DNA of 56,262 nucleotides from Clostridia bacterium (GTDB taxonomy: Bacteria; Bacillota; Clostridia; Oscillospirales; CAG-272). The DNA lies in NCBI GenBank assembly GCA_017463765.1, contig JAFTON010000055.1, positions 1 to 56,262 on the forward strand. The letters run 5' to 3'. Below the pieces are notes generated by a model that saw only the letters and a list, made by a program, of their open reading frames with translations, ran no database searches and had not been told where the DNA came from. Numbering within the stretch: the stretch's first letter is position 1; each line of letters starts with the position of its first letter. The translations under genes and the position numbers were made by a program. Shown piece by piece: positions 40,585 through 48,957 of this stretch.

Positions 40585-41424
40585 ATGGACTATACGAGAC
40601 TGAACCCGGTGATACGCTCGGTATCACTTTACGAAAAAATAAATCGCACCGACGAGTGCATTGGATATGATTCCCGAGTTATTTATATTGTATCGGGCGA
40701 GCTGACGGCTGTGGTCGATGGCGAGAAGCTGGGACATCTGTCGCCCGGAAACCTTCTTTATATTCCCGCGGGAGTGAGCTATAAGCTGAAGAGCAAGTAT
40801 CTGAGGGCTGTGGTCATTACCTTCGACCCTTATGACACAAGACCGGAGCCCGTGGACAGACTTGCTCCCGTAAGGGTAGACGAGTACAACCGGGAGCTAT
40901 GCCATCTTGAAGGAGTAGAGGGTCCTCTCGGCAAGCATATTTTATTGCCCGATATGGAGTCCGACCGTGATTTGTTTATAAGGATGAGCAATATTTTCAC
41001 CTCGGCAGAGGGGCATTACAGGGCTCAGATTTCTGCGATGTTCAAGCTTGTTCTGCTTAAAATAATAGAAGCCTCTGACGAAAACGCCCTGCCTGCGAGA
41101 ATGGTTGAGGAGCTTGACAACTATATAAGGGAGAATGTATCTGACGAGATCTCAAATACCGAGATCGGCGCGATCTTCGGCTATCACCCCTTTTATGTCA
41201 GCCGTATGTTAAAGGAAAGAAAGGGTATGACCCTCCGTCAGTATATAATTTCCTACAGGCTTAAGAATGCAAAAAGGCTGCTTGAGCTTTCTAACAAAAG
41301 CGCAGCCGAGATCGCAGTGGAATGCGGTTTTACCGATGCATCCTATTTCGCCAAAACATTTAAAGCAGCTTTCGGTATGACTCCAAAGGAGTATAGAAAC
41401 ACATTTAAGGAAGATTTTATTTGA
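40585..41424 (+). CDS. AraC-family transcriptional regulator (cupin sensor domain plus HTH_18)
   Basis: The preferred start is MDYTRLNP (ATG 40585 after GAAGGAG). The C-terminus, ...SAAEIAVECGFTDASYFAKTFKAAFGMTPKEYR, is a classic AraC HTH. Confidence 0.88.
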   Translation: MDYTRLNPVIRSVSLYEKINRTDECIGYDSRVIYIVSGELTAVVDGEKLGHLSPGNLLYIPAGVSYKLKSKYLRAVVITFDPYDTRPEPVDRLAPVRVDEYNRELCHLEGVEGPLGKHILLPDMESDRDLFIRMSNIFTSAEGHYRAQISAMFKLVLLKIIEASDENALPARMVEELDNYIRENVSDEISNTEIGAIFGYHPFYVSRMLKERKGMTLRQYIISYRLKNAKRLLELSNKSAAEIAVECGFTDASYFAKTFKAAFGMTPKEYRNTFKEDFI

Positions 41425-41462
41425 TTTTGACAACTTTTGTTGTCATTTAAAAGGGTTTTGAT

Positions 41463-42845
41463 ATGAAATTAAAGAAAAACGACAGCTTTGTGTCGGAGAT
41501 AATTGATATAACTAATCTTGGCTTCGGGGTGGCAAAAGTTGACGGTGCAGTGGTCTTTGTATCGGGTACCGTGCCCCAGGACGTTGCAAGGATAAAGATA
41601 ATAAAGGTTGGTTCATCCTACTCTGTCGGACGGGTGGAGGAGCTTATCACACCATCGCCACTTCGCTTTGAGGGACGGTGTGCCAACGGTGGCTGCCGTA
41701 GTTGCGCATACAAATGCCTTTCCTATGAGTTCGAAAAGGGGCTTAAGGAGGAGGCAGTGCGACAGATTTTCAAGAAAAGTGGGCTTGATGAAATAAAAAT
41801 CATGCCTCTTGTGGGCTCGCCAATCGAGGAGGGCTATCGAAACAAAGCGCAATACCCTGTCAGCCGTGACAAAAGTGGCGAGTATATTATCGGCTTCTAT
41901 GCACCGAAGAGCCACCGTGTTACCGAGGCTGCAAGCTGCCCTCTCGCACCCGAGATTTTCAGCAGAATTCTCTGCGAGCTGCGCGCATTTTTCAGAAAGC
42001 ATCAGTTGTCGGTATACAACGAGGAGAGTGGCGAGGGACTTATTCGCCATATTTATCTCAGACGTGGAGAGGTCTCGGGCGAGGTGTTGCTAACCCTTGT
42101 GATTAATGGCACTTCCCTGCCTCATTCGGAGGAGCTTAATGAGCTTTTGCAGGAGAAATTCCCCGAGATTGTGGGAGTTTTACTCAACGTGAACCGTGAA
42201 AACACCAATATCATTCTTGGCGAGGAGTTTATCACCCTCAGTGGCAGAGATTACATTTTTGACACGCTTGGTGGGGTGACGCTTAAGATTACTGCGCCTT
42301 CCTTCTACCAGGTGAATCACGCTGCAGCAGAGCTCTTGTATGCGAAGGCAAAGGAGCTTGCTGCCCCTACCAAAAAGGATTTGCTGCTCGATCTGTACTG
42401 TGGCGCAGGCTCAATCGGTCTGTCAATGGCTGACGAGGCAGGAGAGGTTATCGGCATTGAGATTGTGGAGAGCGCAGTGGAGTGCGCCACCTTTAACGCC
42501 GAGATCAATCATATATTCAATGCGTCCTTCTACGCCGGCGATGCATCTGACACCAAGAAGATTCTCGAGCCTGCCGAAAAGGCAAGAGGCGAGAAGATAA
42601 ACCCGAATATCGTTATCCTCGACCCACCGAGAGGTGGCACAACCGAGGAGCTTATCGAACACATTTCAAGCCTTAATCCGCAAAGAATAGTTTACATTTC
42701 CTGCAATCCGTCAACGCTTGCAAGAGATATGGTAGCATTTAAAAAATATGGATATACAGGAAACGAAGTGACTCCTTTTGATTTGTTCCCGATGACAGGA
42801 CACGTCGAAAGTGTGGTTTGTCTCACGAGAAAGGAGTTGCTATGA
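41463..42845 (+). CDS. rlmD: 23S rRNA (uracil-C5)-methyltransferase, RlmD/RumA family
   Basis: TRAM-like N-terminus, Fe-S cysteines (CANGGCRSCAYKC ... SCPL), SAM-binding LDLYCGAGSIG, motif DPPRGG and catalytic ISCNPSTLARD. Confidence 0.88.
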   Translation: MKLKKNDSFVSEIIDITNLGFGVAKVDGAVVFVSGTVPQDVARIKIIKVGSSYSVGRVEELITPSPLRFEGRCANGGCRSCAYKCLSYEFEKGLKEEAVRQIFKKSGLDEIKIMPLVGSPIEEGYRNKAQYPVSRDKSGEYIIGFYAPKSHRVTEAASCPLAPEIFSRILCELRAFFRKHQLSVYNEESGEGLIRHIYLRRGEVSGEVLLTLVINGTSLPHSEELNELLQEKFPEIVGVLLNVNRENTNIILGEEFITLSGRDYIFDTLGGVTLKITAPSFYQVNHAAAELLYAKAKELAAPTKKDLLLDLYCGAGSIGLSMADEAGEVIGIEIVESAVECATFNAEINHIFNASFYAGDASDTKKILEPAEKARGEKINPNIVILDPPRGGTTEELIEHISSLNPQRIVYISCNPSTLARDMVAFKKYGYTGNEVTPFDLFPMTGHVESVVCLTRKELL

Positions 42846-43183
42846 TTTTATTCCGACCTGTTGGCGAGAAAGAAAAAGAACTGATAGAGCAAAGCAATTT
42901 TACGAAGTTTCCACCAAGACTCGAATGGCAACCAATTTTTTATCCCGTTTTGAACCAACGATATGCAGAAGAAATCGCCGGGAAATGGAATACCAAAGAC
43001 CCCGATTCAGGATATAAGGGGTATATCACTCGATTCGAAATTGAAGATGATTATATATCTTCTTTTGCTGTGCAAACGGTTGGAGCATCTTATCATCAGG
43101 AGCTTTGGATACCTGCAGAAGAACTTGATAATTTTAATAATCATATTATCGGTAAAATTGAAATAATCAAGGTACTTACGTAA
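42842..43183 (+). CDS. Conserved hypothetical protein (113 aa), translationally coupled to rlmD
   Basis: The start ATG at 42842 overlaps the rlmD stop (ATGA). Sequence begins MILFRPVGEKEKELIEQSNFTKFPPRLEWQPIFYPVLNQRYAEEIA... I recall similar small proteins in Firmicutes but cannot name the family. Confidence 0.6.
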   Translation: MILFRPVGEKEKELIEQSNFTKFPPRLEWQPIFYPVLNQRYAEEIAGKWNTKDPDSGYKGYITRFEIEDDYISSFAVQTVGASYHQELWIPAEELDNFNNHIIGKIEIIKVLT

Positions 43184-43289
43184 TATAAATATGCCTTTCG
43201 GAGTTGCACCCTCCGTTTTTGGTACAAAAATATACCTTTTGGAATCCCCGCCCACGTTGAAAGTATCGTGTGTCTCGAAAGGAGATTGT

Positions 43290-43751
43290 ATGAATAATAA
43301 GATATCCGAGCGAAAAACATTTTCTTTTCATAGTGTTTCTTCTCCTTATGATTTTGCTGCAAGGATCAAGGAAGAAGCGATTAATTCAAATCTGAAAATT
43401 GAGCAAAACAATACAGACTTTATTTTACAGCTAAATAGCAATCACGGGGGAAGGATCGTTTACAAAGCAACAGTAACAGCAGATGAAAGTGGTGGCTCTT
43501 ACATAAGTGGAGAAATAGTAACAGTTCCTTGGAACGACAAGCCGGGCAAAAAGAGAGGTATAACAGAAAAGATTTTTTCGATAGTTGGTTATATCGTTGC
43601 TGTTCCTTTCGTGTTGATTTTCTTATTTTGCTACGGCGCATATATGCTATTTGTCAGGTTGTTTCGAGGTAAAAATATGAAAGTTACAAATGAAGAAAAG
43701 CTTTGTGATTTTATGACAAATAAAATGTGCTGTCGGAAGATAGAAGCATAA
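43290..43751 (+). CDS. Hypothetical protein (153 aa) with one C-terminal TM helix
   Basis: The preferred start is MNNKISERK, after AAAGGAG. TM segment IVGYIVAVPFVLIFLFCYGAYMLF. AT-rich. Confidence 0.55.
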   Translation: MNNKISERKTFSFHSVSSPYDFAARIKEEAINSNLKIEQNNTDFILQLNSNHGGRIVYKATVTADESGGSYISGEIVTVPWNDKPGKKRGITEKIFSIVGYIVAVPFVLIFLFCYGAYMLFVRLFRGKNMKVTNEEKLCDFMTNKMCCRKIEA

Positions 43752-43817
43752 AGCAACAAAATCTTATCTATCTTCGCAGTCAAAAACCTTATCAATCAAC
43801 TTTAAGGAAGGGACTAT

Positions 43818-44378
43818 ATGAAAAAACAAGGATATAAAAGATTATCTTTCGACGATAGGAAAGTTATAGAAAGAATGTTAAAAAAGGGGGGTTCCGTGTC
43901 CGAGATTGCGAAAACTTTGAATAAGTCAGACCAGGCAATTTACCACGAATTAAAACGATGTAAAGGCTTAGAACGATATAACGCAGATTTCGCGCAGCAA
44001 GACTACCTCAAATGTAATAAATATAACGGAAGAGAGGCTAAGCTCGAATTGGATAATGAGCTTGCTAAATATATTTCAAAAATGATTTTAGAAGAATCAC
44101 TTTCTCCTGTCGAAATCATTAACCGTTTGCGTTCTGAAAATTATCCTAACTTTCCTTCTTCAAAAACTACAATTTATGCAGCGATAGATAACGGATTAAT
44201 TCCTTCTGTAACTCGTAAAACTTTATTGTCAAAGCGCAAAAAAACACATATGTTTTCTAACGGATTGATAAAAATACCTAGATGGATTTGTGATGAACTT
44301 AGTTTAGAGGATAACGAAGATTTGGAAATTGATATAGTTCACGATAAAATAATCATAAAAAAAGCAAGTAATAATTAA
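43818..44378 (+). CDS. Chimeric DNA-binding protein: IS30-transposase N-terminal HTH region fused to a SpoVT/AbrB-like C-terminal domain; no DDE domain
   Basis: Residues 1 to ~140 follow the IS30 N-terminal pattern (LSFDDRKVIERMLKKGGSVSEIAKTLNKSDQAIYHELKR..., SPVEIINRL, TTIYAAI, SKRKK). The last ~45 aa, GLIKIPRWICDELSLEDNEDLEIDIVHDKIIIKK, fit the AbrB swapped-hairpin motif. Confidence 0.6.
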   Translation: MKKQGYKRLSFDDRKVIERMLKKGGSVSEIAKTLNKSDQAIYHELKRCKGLERYNADFAQQDYLKCNKYNGREAKLELDNELAKYISKMILEESLSPVEIINRLRSENYPNFPSSKTTIYAAIDNGLIPSVTRKTLLSKRKKTHMFSNGLIKIPRWICDELSLEDNEDLEIDIVHDKIIIKKASNN

Positions 44379-44429
44379 CGAATTCCAATTTAAATTATTA
44401 GTCATTAATATCGAATTAAGGAGGCTAAT

Positions 44430-45203
44430 ATGCATTTCAGAAGAATAGAATTTGTAAAAAAAGCAGAGTTCGATCGGGAAAAAATCGAAAGTCTTTTGTG
44501 GGAGTTTGCGTTCAGCTTAGAGTGCAGTGGGCAAATTCTCAGAGACTATAAAATTATAAAAAAAGAAAGCTATAATTTATACGTTACACTTCCCCACGAG
44601 GACTCTTTCGATGAAATCCACGACAATGATTACGTCAAATCCCACCGAGAAGAGCTGCTAAAATACTTCAATATGCGTATTTTTGGTGAAGGAATAAATC
44701 TGGAAAGCAAACCGTACTGCAAGTGTAAAAACCGTTCTGCAATAGAAATGCAAACCTTTTCCCTGGATATAGACAGCGTATTTAGCTGCTGTGACTGTGG
44801 AATGCCTATTGCGCTATACGAGCTTCCCTTCCCGGCAGAAAACCAGAATACTTATGACTGGGTCGAAAGCTGGCAGACAAACTTTTCTTCAATGGATAAG
44901 CTTTGGTGGAACTGCCTGTGCGATAGATATACCGGAAATCAGCGTGTCAAGCCCGACTCGGCACTAAACAAGCAGGGCATTGAAATTGCAATATATATGA
45001 GTAAGGAGCTTAAGATACCCGTATATTATCATTTAGCCTCTGATTATGGTAAAAGCGTAAAAATAGAATCGGTTGATAACACTACGGTTCACGTCTGCCC
45101 CATATGCCAAAAGAAAATGATACCTGTAACGGTATCCGAAAACTTTAAAATTGATGTTTGTAATGAATGTAATCTTTCTTATGACCAACCGTCAGACTAC
45201 TAA
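44430..45203 (+). CDS. Hypothetical Cys-rich (double zinc-ribbon-like) protein, 257 aa
   Basis: AAGGAGG ribosome-binding site. Cys clusters are CKCKN...CCDCG and CPICQKK...CNECN. It may resemble DUF2310-type Zn-ribbon proteins; this is from memory and unverified. Confidence 0.55.
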   Translation: MHFRRIEFVKKAEFDREKIESLLWEFAFSLECSGQILRDYKIIKKESYNLYVTLPHEDSFDEIHDNDYVKSHREELLKYFNMRIFGEGINLESKPYCKCKNRSAIEMQTFSLDIDSVFSCCDCGMPIALYELPFPAENQNTYDWVESWQTNFSSMDKLWWNCLCDRYTGNQRVKPDSALNKQGIEIAIYMSKELKIPVYYHLASDYGKSVKIESVDNTTVHVCPICQKKMIPVTVSENFKIDVCNECNLSYDQPSDY

Positions 45204-45229
45204 TTAACATGGTAATATCACGTTAAATT

Positions 45230-45772
45230 ATGAAAAAGAATAAAGAAAAAAGCAAAAGTAAAGCGACCTTCAAGGATGCGCTTTTAGAGTTGGGATTGGA
45301 AATCGCGATTGGACTTGTGACGTTTGTTGTCGGAGCAGTCATACTAAATCTGATTTCGCCCGACCTGTTAGACGGAGAGCTTGATTTCGTTATGTTTTTC
45401 GGTATGATAGTCCTCGTTGCTGTAAGCTGTTTTGTTGCTATTCCGATATGGATCATAAAAAAGCACAGAAAGCCGAAGGATATTAAGCGAATTTACAAGC
45501 TGCTTAAAGAAAAGTACGCGCTCGAGCTGGTGATGCGCAACAAGAAGATTGACGGTGTATACAAGGAGCTATACGTCATAAAGGGTCACAGCGACGAGGG
45601 AATGTTTGAGCTCTATAAAAACGGAGATGGGTATATTTTCACCGTTGAATATTTCAGGCTGCCCGTTGATGAGAAATTAAAAACGGAGAGTCTCTTGACC
45701 GAGGCTGATGCAATAGAGTGTATAGAAAAATTTATGGAAAAGAAAAGCGAGAAAAATGAAATTAATAACTAA
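45230..45772 (+). CDS. Hypothetical membrane-anchored protein (180 aa; two N-terminal TM helices plus a soluble domain)
   Basis: ORF with a weak ribosome-binding site. TM segments IAIGLVTFVVGAVILNLI and FFGMIVLVAVSCFVAIPIWII. Overlaps the next gene by 17 nt. Confidence 0.5.
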   Translation: MKKNKEKSKSKATFKDALLELGLEIAIGLVTFVVGAVILNLISPDLLDGELDFVMFFGMIVLVAVSCFVAIPIWIIKKHRKPKDIKRIYKLLKEKYALELVMRNKKIDGVYKELYVIKGHSDEGMFELYKNGDGYIFTVEYFRLPVDEKLKTESLLTEADAIECIEKFMEKKSEKNEINN

Positions 45773-46187
45773 ATATTTCGACGAGCTTTCGGCTCGGGAG
45801 CTATATGAGATAGTCAGGGCGAGGCAGGAGATATTCCTGATGGAGCAGCGAATCGTCTGCCGTGACTTTGACGGAGTGGATTATGATGCGCTGCACTGCT
45901 TTCTGTGGGAAGATAACAAGGTGGTTGCATATATGCGCGCATTTATGCAGGATGGCGAAATTCGCCTCGGCAGATTCCTTACCGTAAGGCATGGTGAGGG
46001 GCTTGGCAGACGGCTGATGGAGCTGTCGTTGCCGATTGTAAAGGCAAGCTTTAACTGCGATAAAATAAGCTTCCACGCGCAGAAGCATGCCGAGGGCTTT
46101 TACCTGAAGCTGGGCTTTAAAACGGTGTCCGACGTCTTTCTGGAGGAAGGAATCGAGCATGTAGAAATGATAATAAATAATAACTAA
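45756..46187 (+). CDS. GNAT-family N-acetyltransferase (ElaA-like)
   Basis: 143 aa. ELYEIVRARQEIFLMEQ ... RHGEGLGRRLME ... AQKHAEGFYLKLGF matches ElaA-type GNATs. Confidence 0.8.
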   Translation: MKLITKYFDELSARELYEIVRARQEIFLMEQRIVCRDFDGVDYDALHCFLWEDNKVVAYMRAFMQDGEIRLGRFLTVRHGEGLGRRLMELSLPIVKASFNCDKISFHAQKHAEGFYLKLGFKTVSDVFLEEGIEHVEMIINNN

Positions 46188-46207
46188 TAACTAATAAAGG
46201 AAGTATT

Positions 46208-46570
46208 ATGAACGCATTTTTAGACAAGCTTAGTAACGTTTTTTCGCTGCGCGAGTGCGACGGGGGAGTTATGATTTCAACCCCGATTATGTATCAGGGA
46301 GCAGATCACGGTTTTTCCTTTTTCGTTGAAAAAAGCCGAAACGGATTCAGCATAAATGACCGTGGACAAACTATCGAATATTTAAGAGAAAATCTTGATC
46401 CGGGTCGATATGAGGACAGGATTACTACCATATGCGAAAGGTTCGAGATAACCCTTGAGGACGGAGTTTTTTACGGCAGGCTTGCCTCTCTCGAATCCGG
46501 GCAGACGATGAGAAATCTGTTTAAATTCATCGGCGTGATGAATATGATTGCAAATATTGATACCTTTTAA
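46208..46570 (+). CDS. Hypothetical protein (120 aa)
   Basis: AAAGGAAG ribosome-binding site. No motif recognised with confidence. A possible DUF1828-like family assignment is from memory and unverified. Confidence 0.55.
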   Translation: MNAFLDKLSNVFSLRECDGGVMISTPIMYQGADHGFSFFVEKSRNGFSINDRGQTIEYLRENLDPGRYEDRITTICERFEITLEDGVFYGRLASLESGQTMRNLFKFIGVMNMIANIDTF

Positions 46571-46603
46571 TTTTTAAAAATAATTACACAGGAGATAACA
46601 ACC

Positions 46604-48256
46604 ATGGAAAAGAAAAGATGGTACAAGGATATGGTATTTTACCAGATCTGGCCAAGGTCGTTTAAGGATGGCGACGGCGACGGAATGGGAGACCTTCACG
46701 GTGTTTTTGAAAAGCTTGACTACATAAAGTCGCTTGGATGCGACGGTATATGGTTCTCACCCCTTTATCCCTCTCCCGGAGTGGACTGTGGATACGATAT
46801 TTCAAACTACCTTGATATTGCTGAGGAGTTCGGTGGCATGGCTGCCTTTAAAAAGGTGCTTGACGGTGCACACGAGAGAGGAATGAAGGTCATCATGGAC
46901 CTTGTTGTAAACCACACCTCCACCGAGCATGAGTGGTTCAAGAAGAGCCGTCAGAGAATAGACCCCTATACCGACTACTACATCTGGAGACCTAAAAAAA
47001 GCAACGGCAGGCTGCCTAACAACTGGGACTCTCTCTTTGAGGGCAAGGCATGGGCATGGGACGATGTAAGACAGGAATACTATATGCATCTATTTGCCAT
47101 TGAGCAGGCAGATCTGAATATGGACAATCCTCTGGTGCGCGAGGAGGTAAAGAATATTCTGAAATTCTGGCTGGATATGGGTGTAGACGGCTTCAGAGAG
47201 GACGTTATCACCTTTATTTCAAAGCCCGAGGGACTTCCCAACGACAATTATATGCCTGCGTCCAAGGGTATCTTTATGTTCAACCACGGTCCACATCTTC
47301 ACGAATATCTTGAGGAGTTCAAGCGCGACGTATTCGATAAGTACGATGCTATGATCCTTGCAGAAGCACCCCTTGTTACTCCTAAAAAGGCGCTGGAATA
47401 CATTGATGAAAAGAATGAGCCTGTTCTGGATATGATGATTCAGTTTGCAACCCAGGAGGCAGACTCCTTTATGACCGACTATATCCATATGCCCTTCAAT
47501 CTTAAGAAGCTTAAGAGAACCTACACCAAATGGCAGACACAGCTTGACGGCAAGGGCTGGAACATGCTTTATATCGAGAACCACGACCATCCCCGTATGG
47601 TATCGCGCTACGGCAGCGAGAAGTACAGGGAGGAAAGCGCAAAGATGCTTGCAGTATCCTATCTGTTCCAGAAGGGAACGCCCTTTATCTATCAGGGACA
47701 GGAGATCGGTATGACAAACTGGTATCCCACTGATCCCGAGATGTACGAGGACGTACAGACAAGGTGGCAGTATTTTAACGTTGCTACAAGGAAATCCCCC
47801 GAGAAGCGTCTTGAAAGACTCTGGCACGGCTCGCGCGATTCGGCAAGAACACCTGTGCAGTGGTCTGCTGAAGCAAACGCAGGCTTTACCACCGGAACAC
47901 CCTGGTTCTACGTTAACGAAAACTACACCGAGATAAACGTTGCCGATCAGGAAGGTGATCCCGACTCGGTGCTTAACTTCTATCGCAAGGCGATCGAGCT
48001 GAGAAAGACGCTGTCGGCAGTAAGACACGGAAATTATACCGAGCACTTCAAGTCCTCCTCCAAGGTATACACCTACACCCGTGAGGATAAGAGGCAGAAG
48101 CTGCTTGTCGTCTGCTCCTTCACCGACAAGGCAGTTAAGATGAAGGCTCCTAAGGACTTTGATACAAGCAAGGCAACACTTATCCTGGCTAACTATAAAG
48201 AAAACACGGATATACTGAAGCCCTATGAGGTCAGAGTGTATCTTTTAAGTAAATAA
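46604..48256 (+). CDS. GH13 alpha-glucosidase / oligo-1,6-glucosidase-type enzyme
   Basis: WYKDMVFYQIWPRSFKDGDGDGMGDL. Conserved regions are DLVVNHTS, GVDGFREDVI (nucleophile Asp), ILAEAP (acid/base Glu) and YIENHDHPR. Confidence 0.9.
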   Translation: MEKKRWYKDMVFYQIWPRSFKDGDGDGMGDLHGVFEKLDYIKSLGCDGIWFSPLYPSPGVDCGYDISNYLDIAEEFGGMAAFKKVLDGAHERGMKVIMDLVVNHTSTEHEWFKKSRQRIDPYTDYYIWRPKKSNGRLPNNWDSLFEGKAWAWDDVRQEYYMHLFAIEQADLNMDNPLVREEVKNILKFWLDMGVDGFREDVITFISKPEGLPNDNYMPASKGIFMFNHGPHLHEYLEEFKRDVFDKYDAMILAEAPLVTPKKALEYIDEKNEPVLDMMIQFATQEADSFMTDYIHMPFNLKKLKRTYTKWQTQLDGKGWNMLYIENHDHPRMVSRYGSEKYREESAKMLAVSYLFQKGTPFIYQGQEIGMTNWYPTDPEMYEDVQTRWQYFNVATRKSPEKRLERLWHGSRDSARTPVQWSAEANAGFTTGTPWFYVNENYTEINVADQEGDPDSVLNFYRKAIELRKTLSAVRHGNYTEHFKSSSKVYTYTREDKRQKLLVVCSFTDKAVKMKAPKDFDTSKATLILANYKENTDILKPYEVRVYLLSK

Positions 48257-48311
48257 TAGTTTACAATTTATCCAATTCTCCTTATTATAGAGCAATTCTC
48301 CGTTATGTTTC

Positions 48312-48340
48312 TTGCAAAGCTTCATTACTTCTGATATCAT
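48312..48340 (+). promoter_or_regulatory. Sigma-A promoter of the XRE gene, preceded by two direct repeats
   Basis: TTGCAA (48312-48317), a 17-nt spacer, then TATCAT (48335-48340). Direct repeats CAATTCTCC lie at 48273-48281 and 48293-48301. Confidence 0.55.
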
Positions 48341-48361
48341 TTAGCTGAAGGAGGTGATTAC

Positions 48362-48940
48362 ATGTGTATATCCGATAAGATCGCAGAAATGCGCAAGCAG
48401 AATAATATGACTCAGAAGGACTTGGCAGAAAAATTAAACGTATCCGATAAGGTTATTTCAAAATGGGAAACAGGCAAATGCCTGCCCGACGTGGAAATGA
48501 TGATGAAGCTGTCAAGAGCTTTAGGAGTTTCAATTTCCGAGCTTTATGAATGCGTAGAAAAAACAACCACGGGAACAGCCGAGGATTATAACGAGGAAAG
48601 AATCTGGCAATATAAAAAATATAGCATAGTTTCCTATTTTTTAATTCTGTTATCTCTCGTCTTTCTACTTTTTCTGACGGTAAACTGGTCAAGATTTGAT
48701 AACATTGAGGATATTCTCCGCTTCATCCTGATAATGCTATCTATAGCCTCGTTTACATTGGGTATTTTCTTTCAGATTACTCAATTTATTCGCTTGTATA
48801 GCTATAGCAAAAACAAATATTATAGAGAAGAATATGTCAAGGTTATGAAAAAATACGGTATTATTTTTCTTGTATGCCTCTCGGTAGTTTTAATTTTTCC
48901 TCTTATTGTTACTATTATCGCTAACGTTGTTGATTTTTAA
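48362..48940 (+). CDS. XRE-family HTH regulator with C-terminal transmembrane region
   Basis: The N-terminus KIAEMRKQNNMTQKDLAEKLNVSDKVISKWETGKCLPDVEMMMKLSRALGVSISEL is a Cro/C1 HTH. Three or four hydrophobic helices follow. Confidence 0.8.
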   Translation: MCISDKIAEMRKQNNMTQKDLAEKLNVSDKVISKWETGKCLPDVEMMMKLSRALGVSISELYECVEKTTTGTAEDYNEERIWQYKKYSIVSYFLILLSLVFLLFLTVNWSRFDNIEDILRFILIMLSIASFTLGIFFQITQFIRLYSYSKNKYYREEYVKVMKKYGIIFLVCLSVVLIFPLIVTIIANVVDF

Positions 48941-48957
48941 ATTAAAGGAGATTATAA

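Noticed and set aside
41428-41445. Hairpin TGACAAC-TTTT-GTTGTCA, sharing its GTTGTCA core with the operon leader hairpin, as a common regulatory motif
   Set aside because: It is only a 7-bp AT-rich stem in the araC-rlmD gap. The shared heptamer is short enough to occur by chance. At most it is a weak terminator.
43818-44378. Active IS30-family insertion sequence
   Set aside because: The ORF lacks the DDE catalytic domain entirely. No terminal inverted repeats or target-site duplications were evident.
47219-48046. 275-aa minus-strand ORF inside the GH13 gene
   Set aside because: Antisense shadow of a gene carrying all four GH13 conserved regions.
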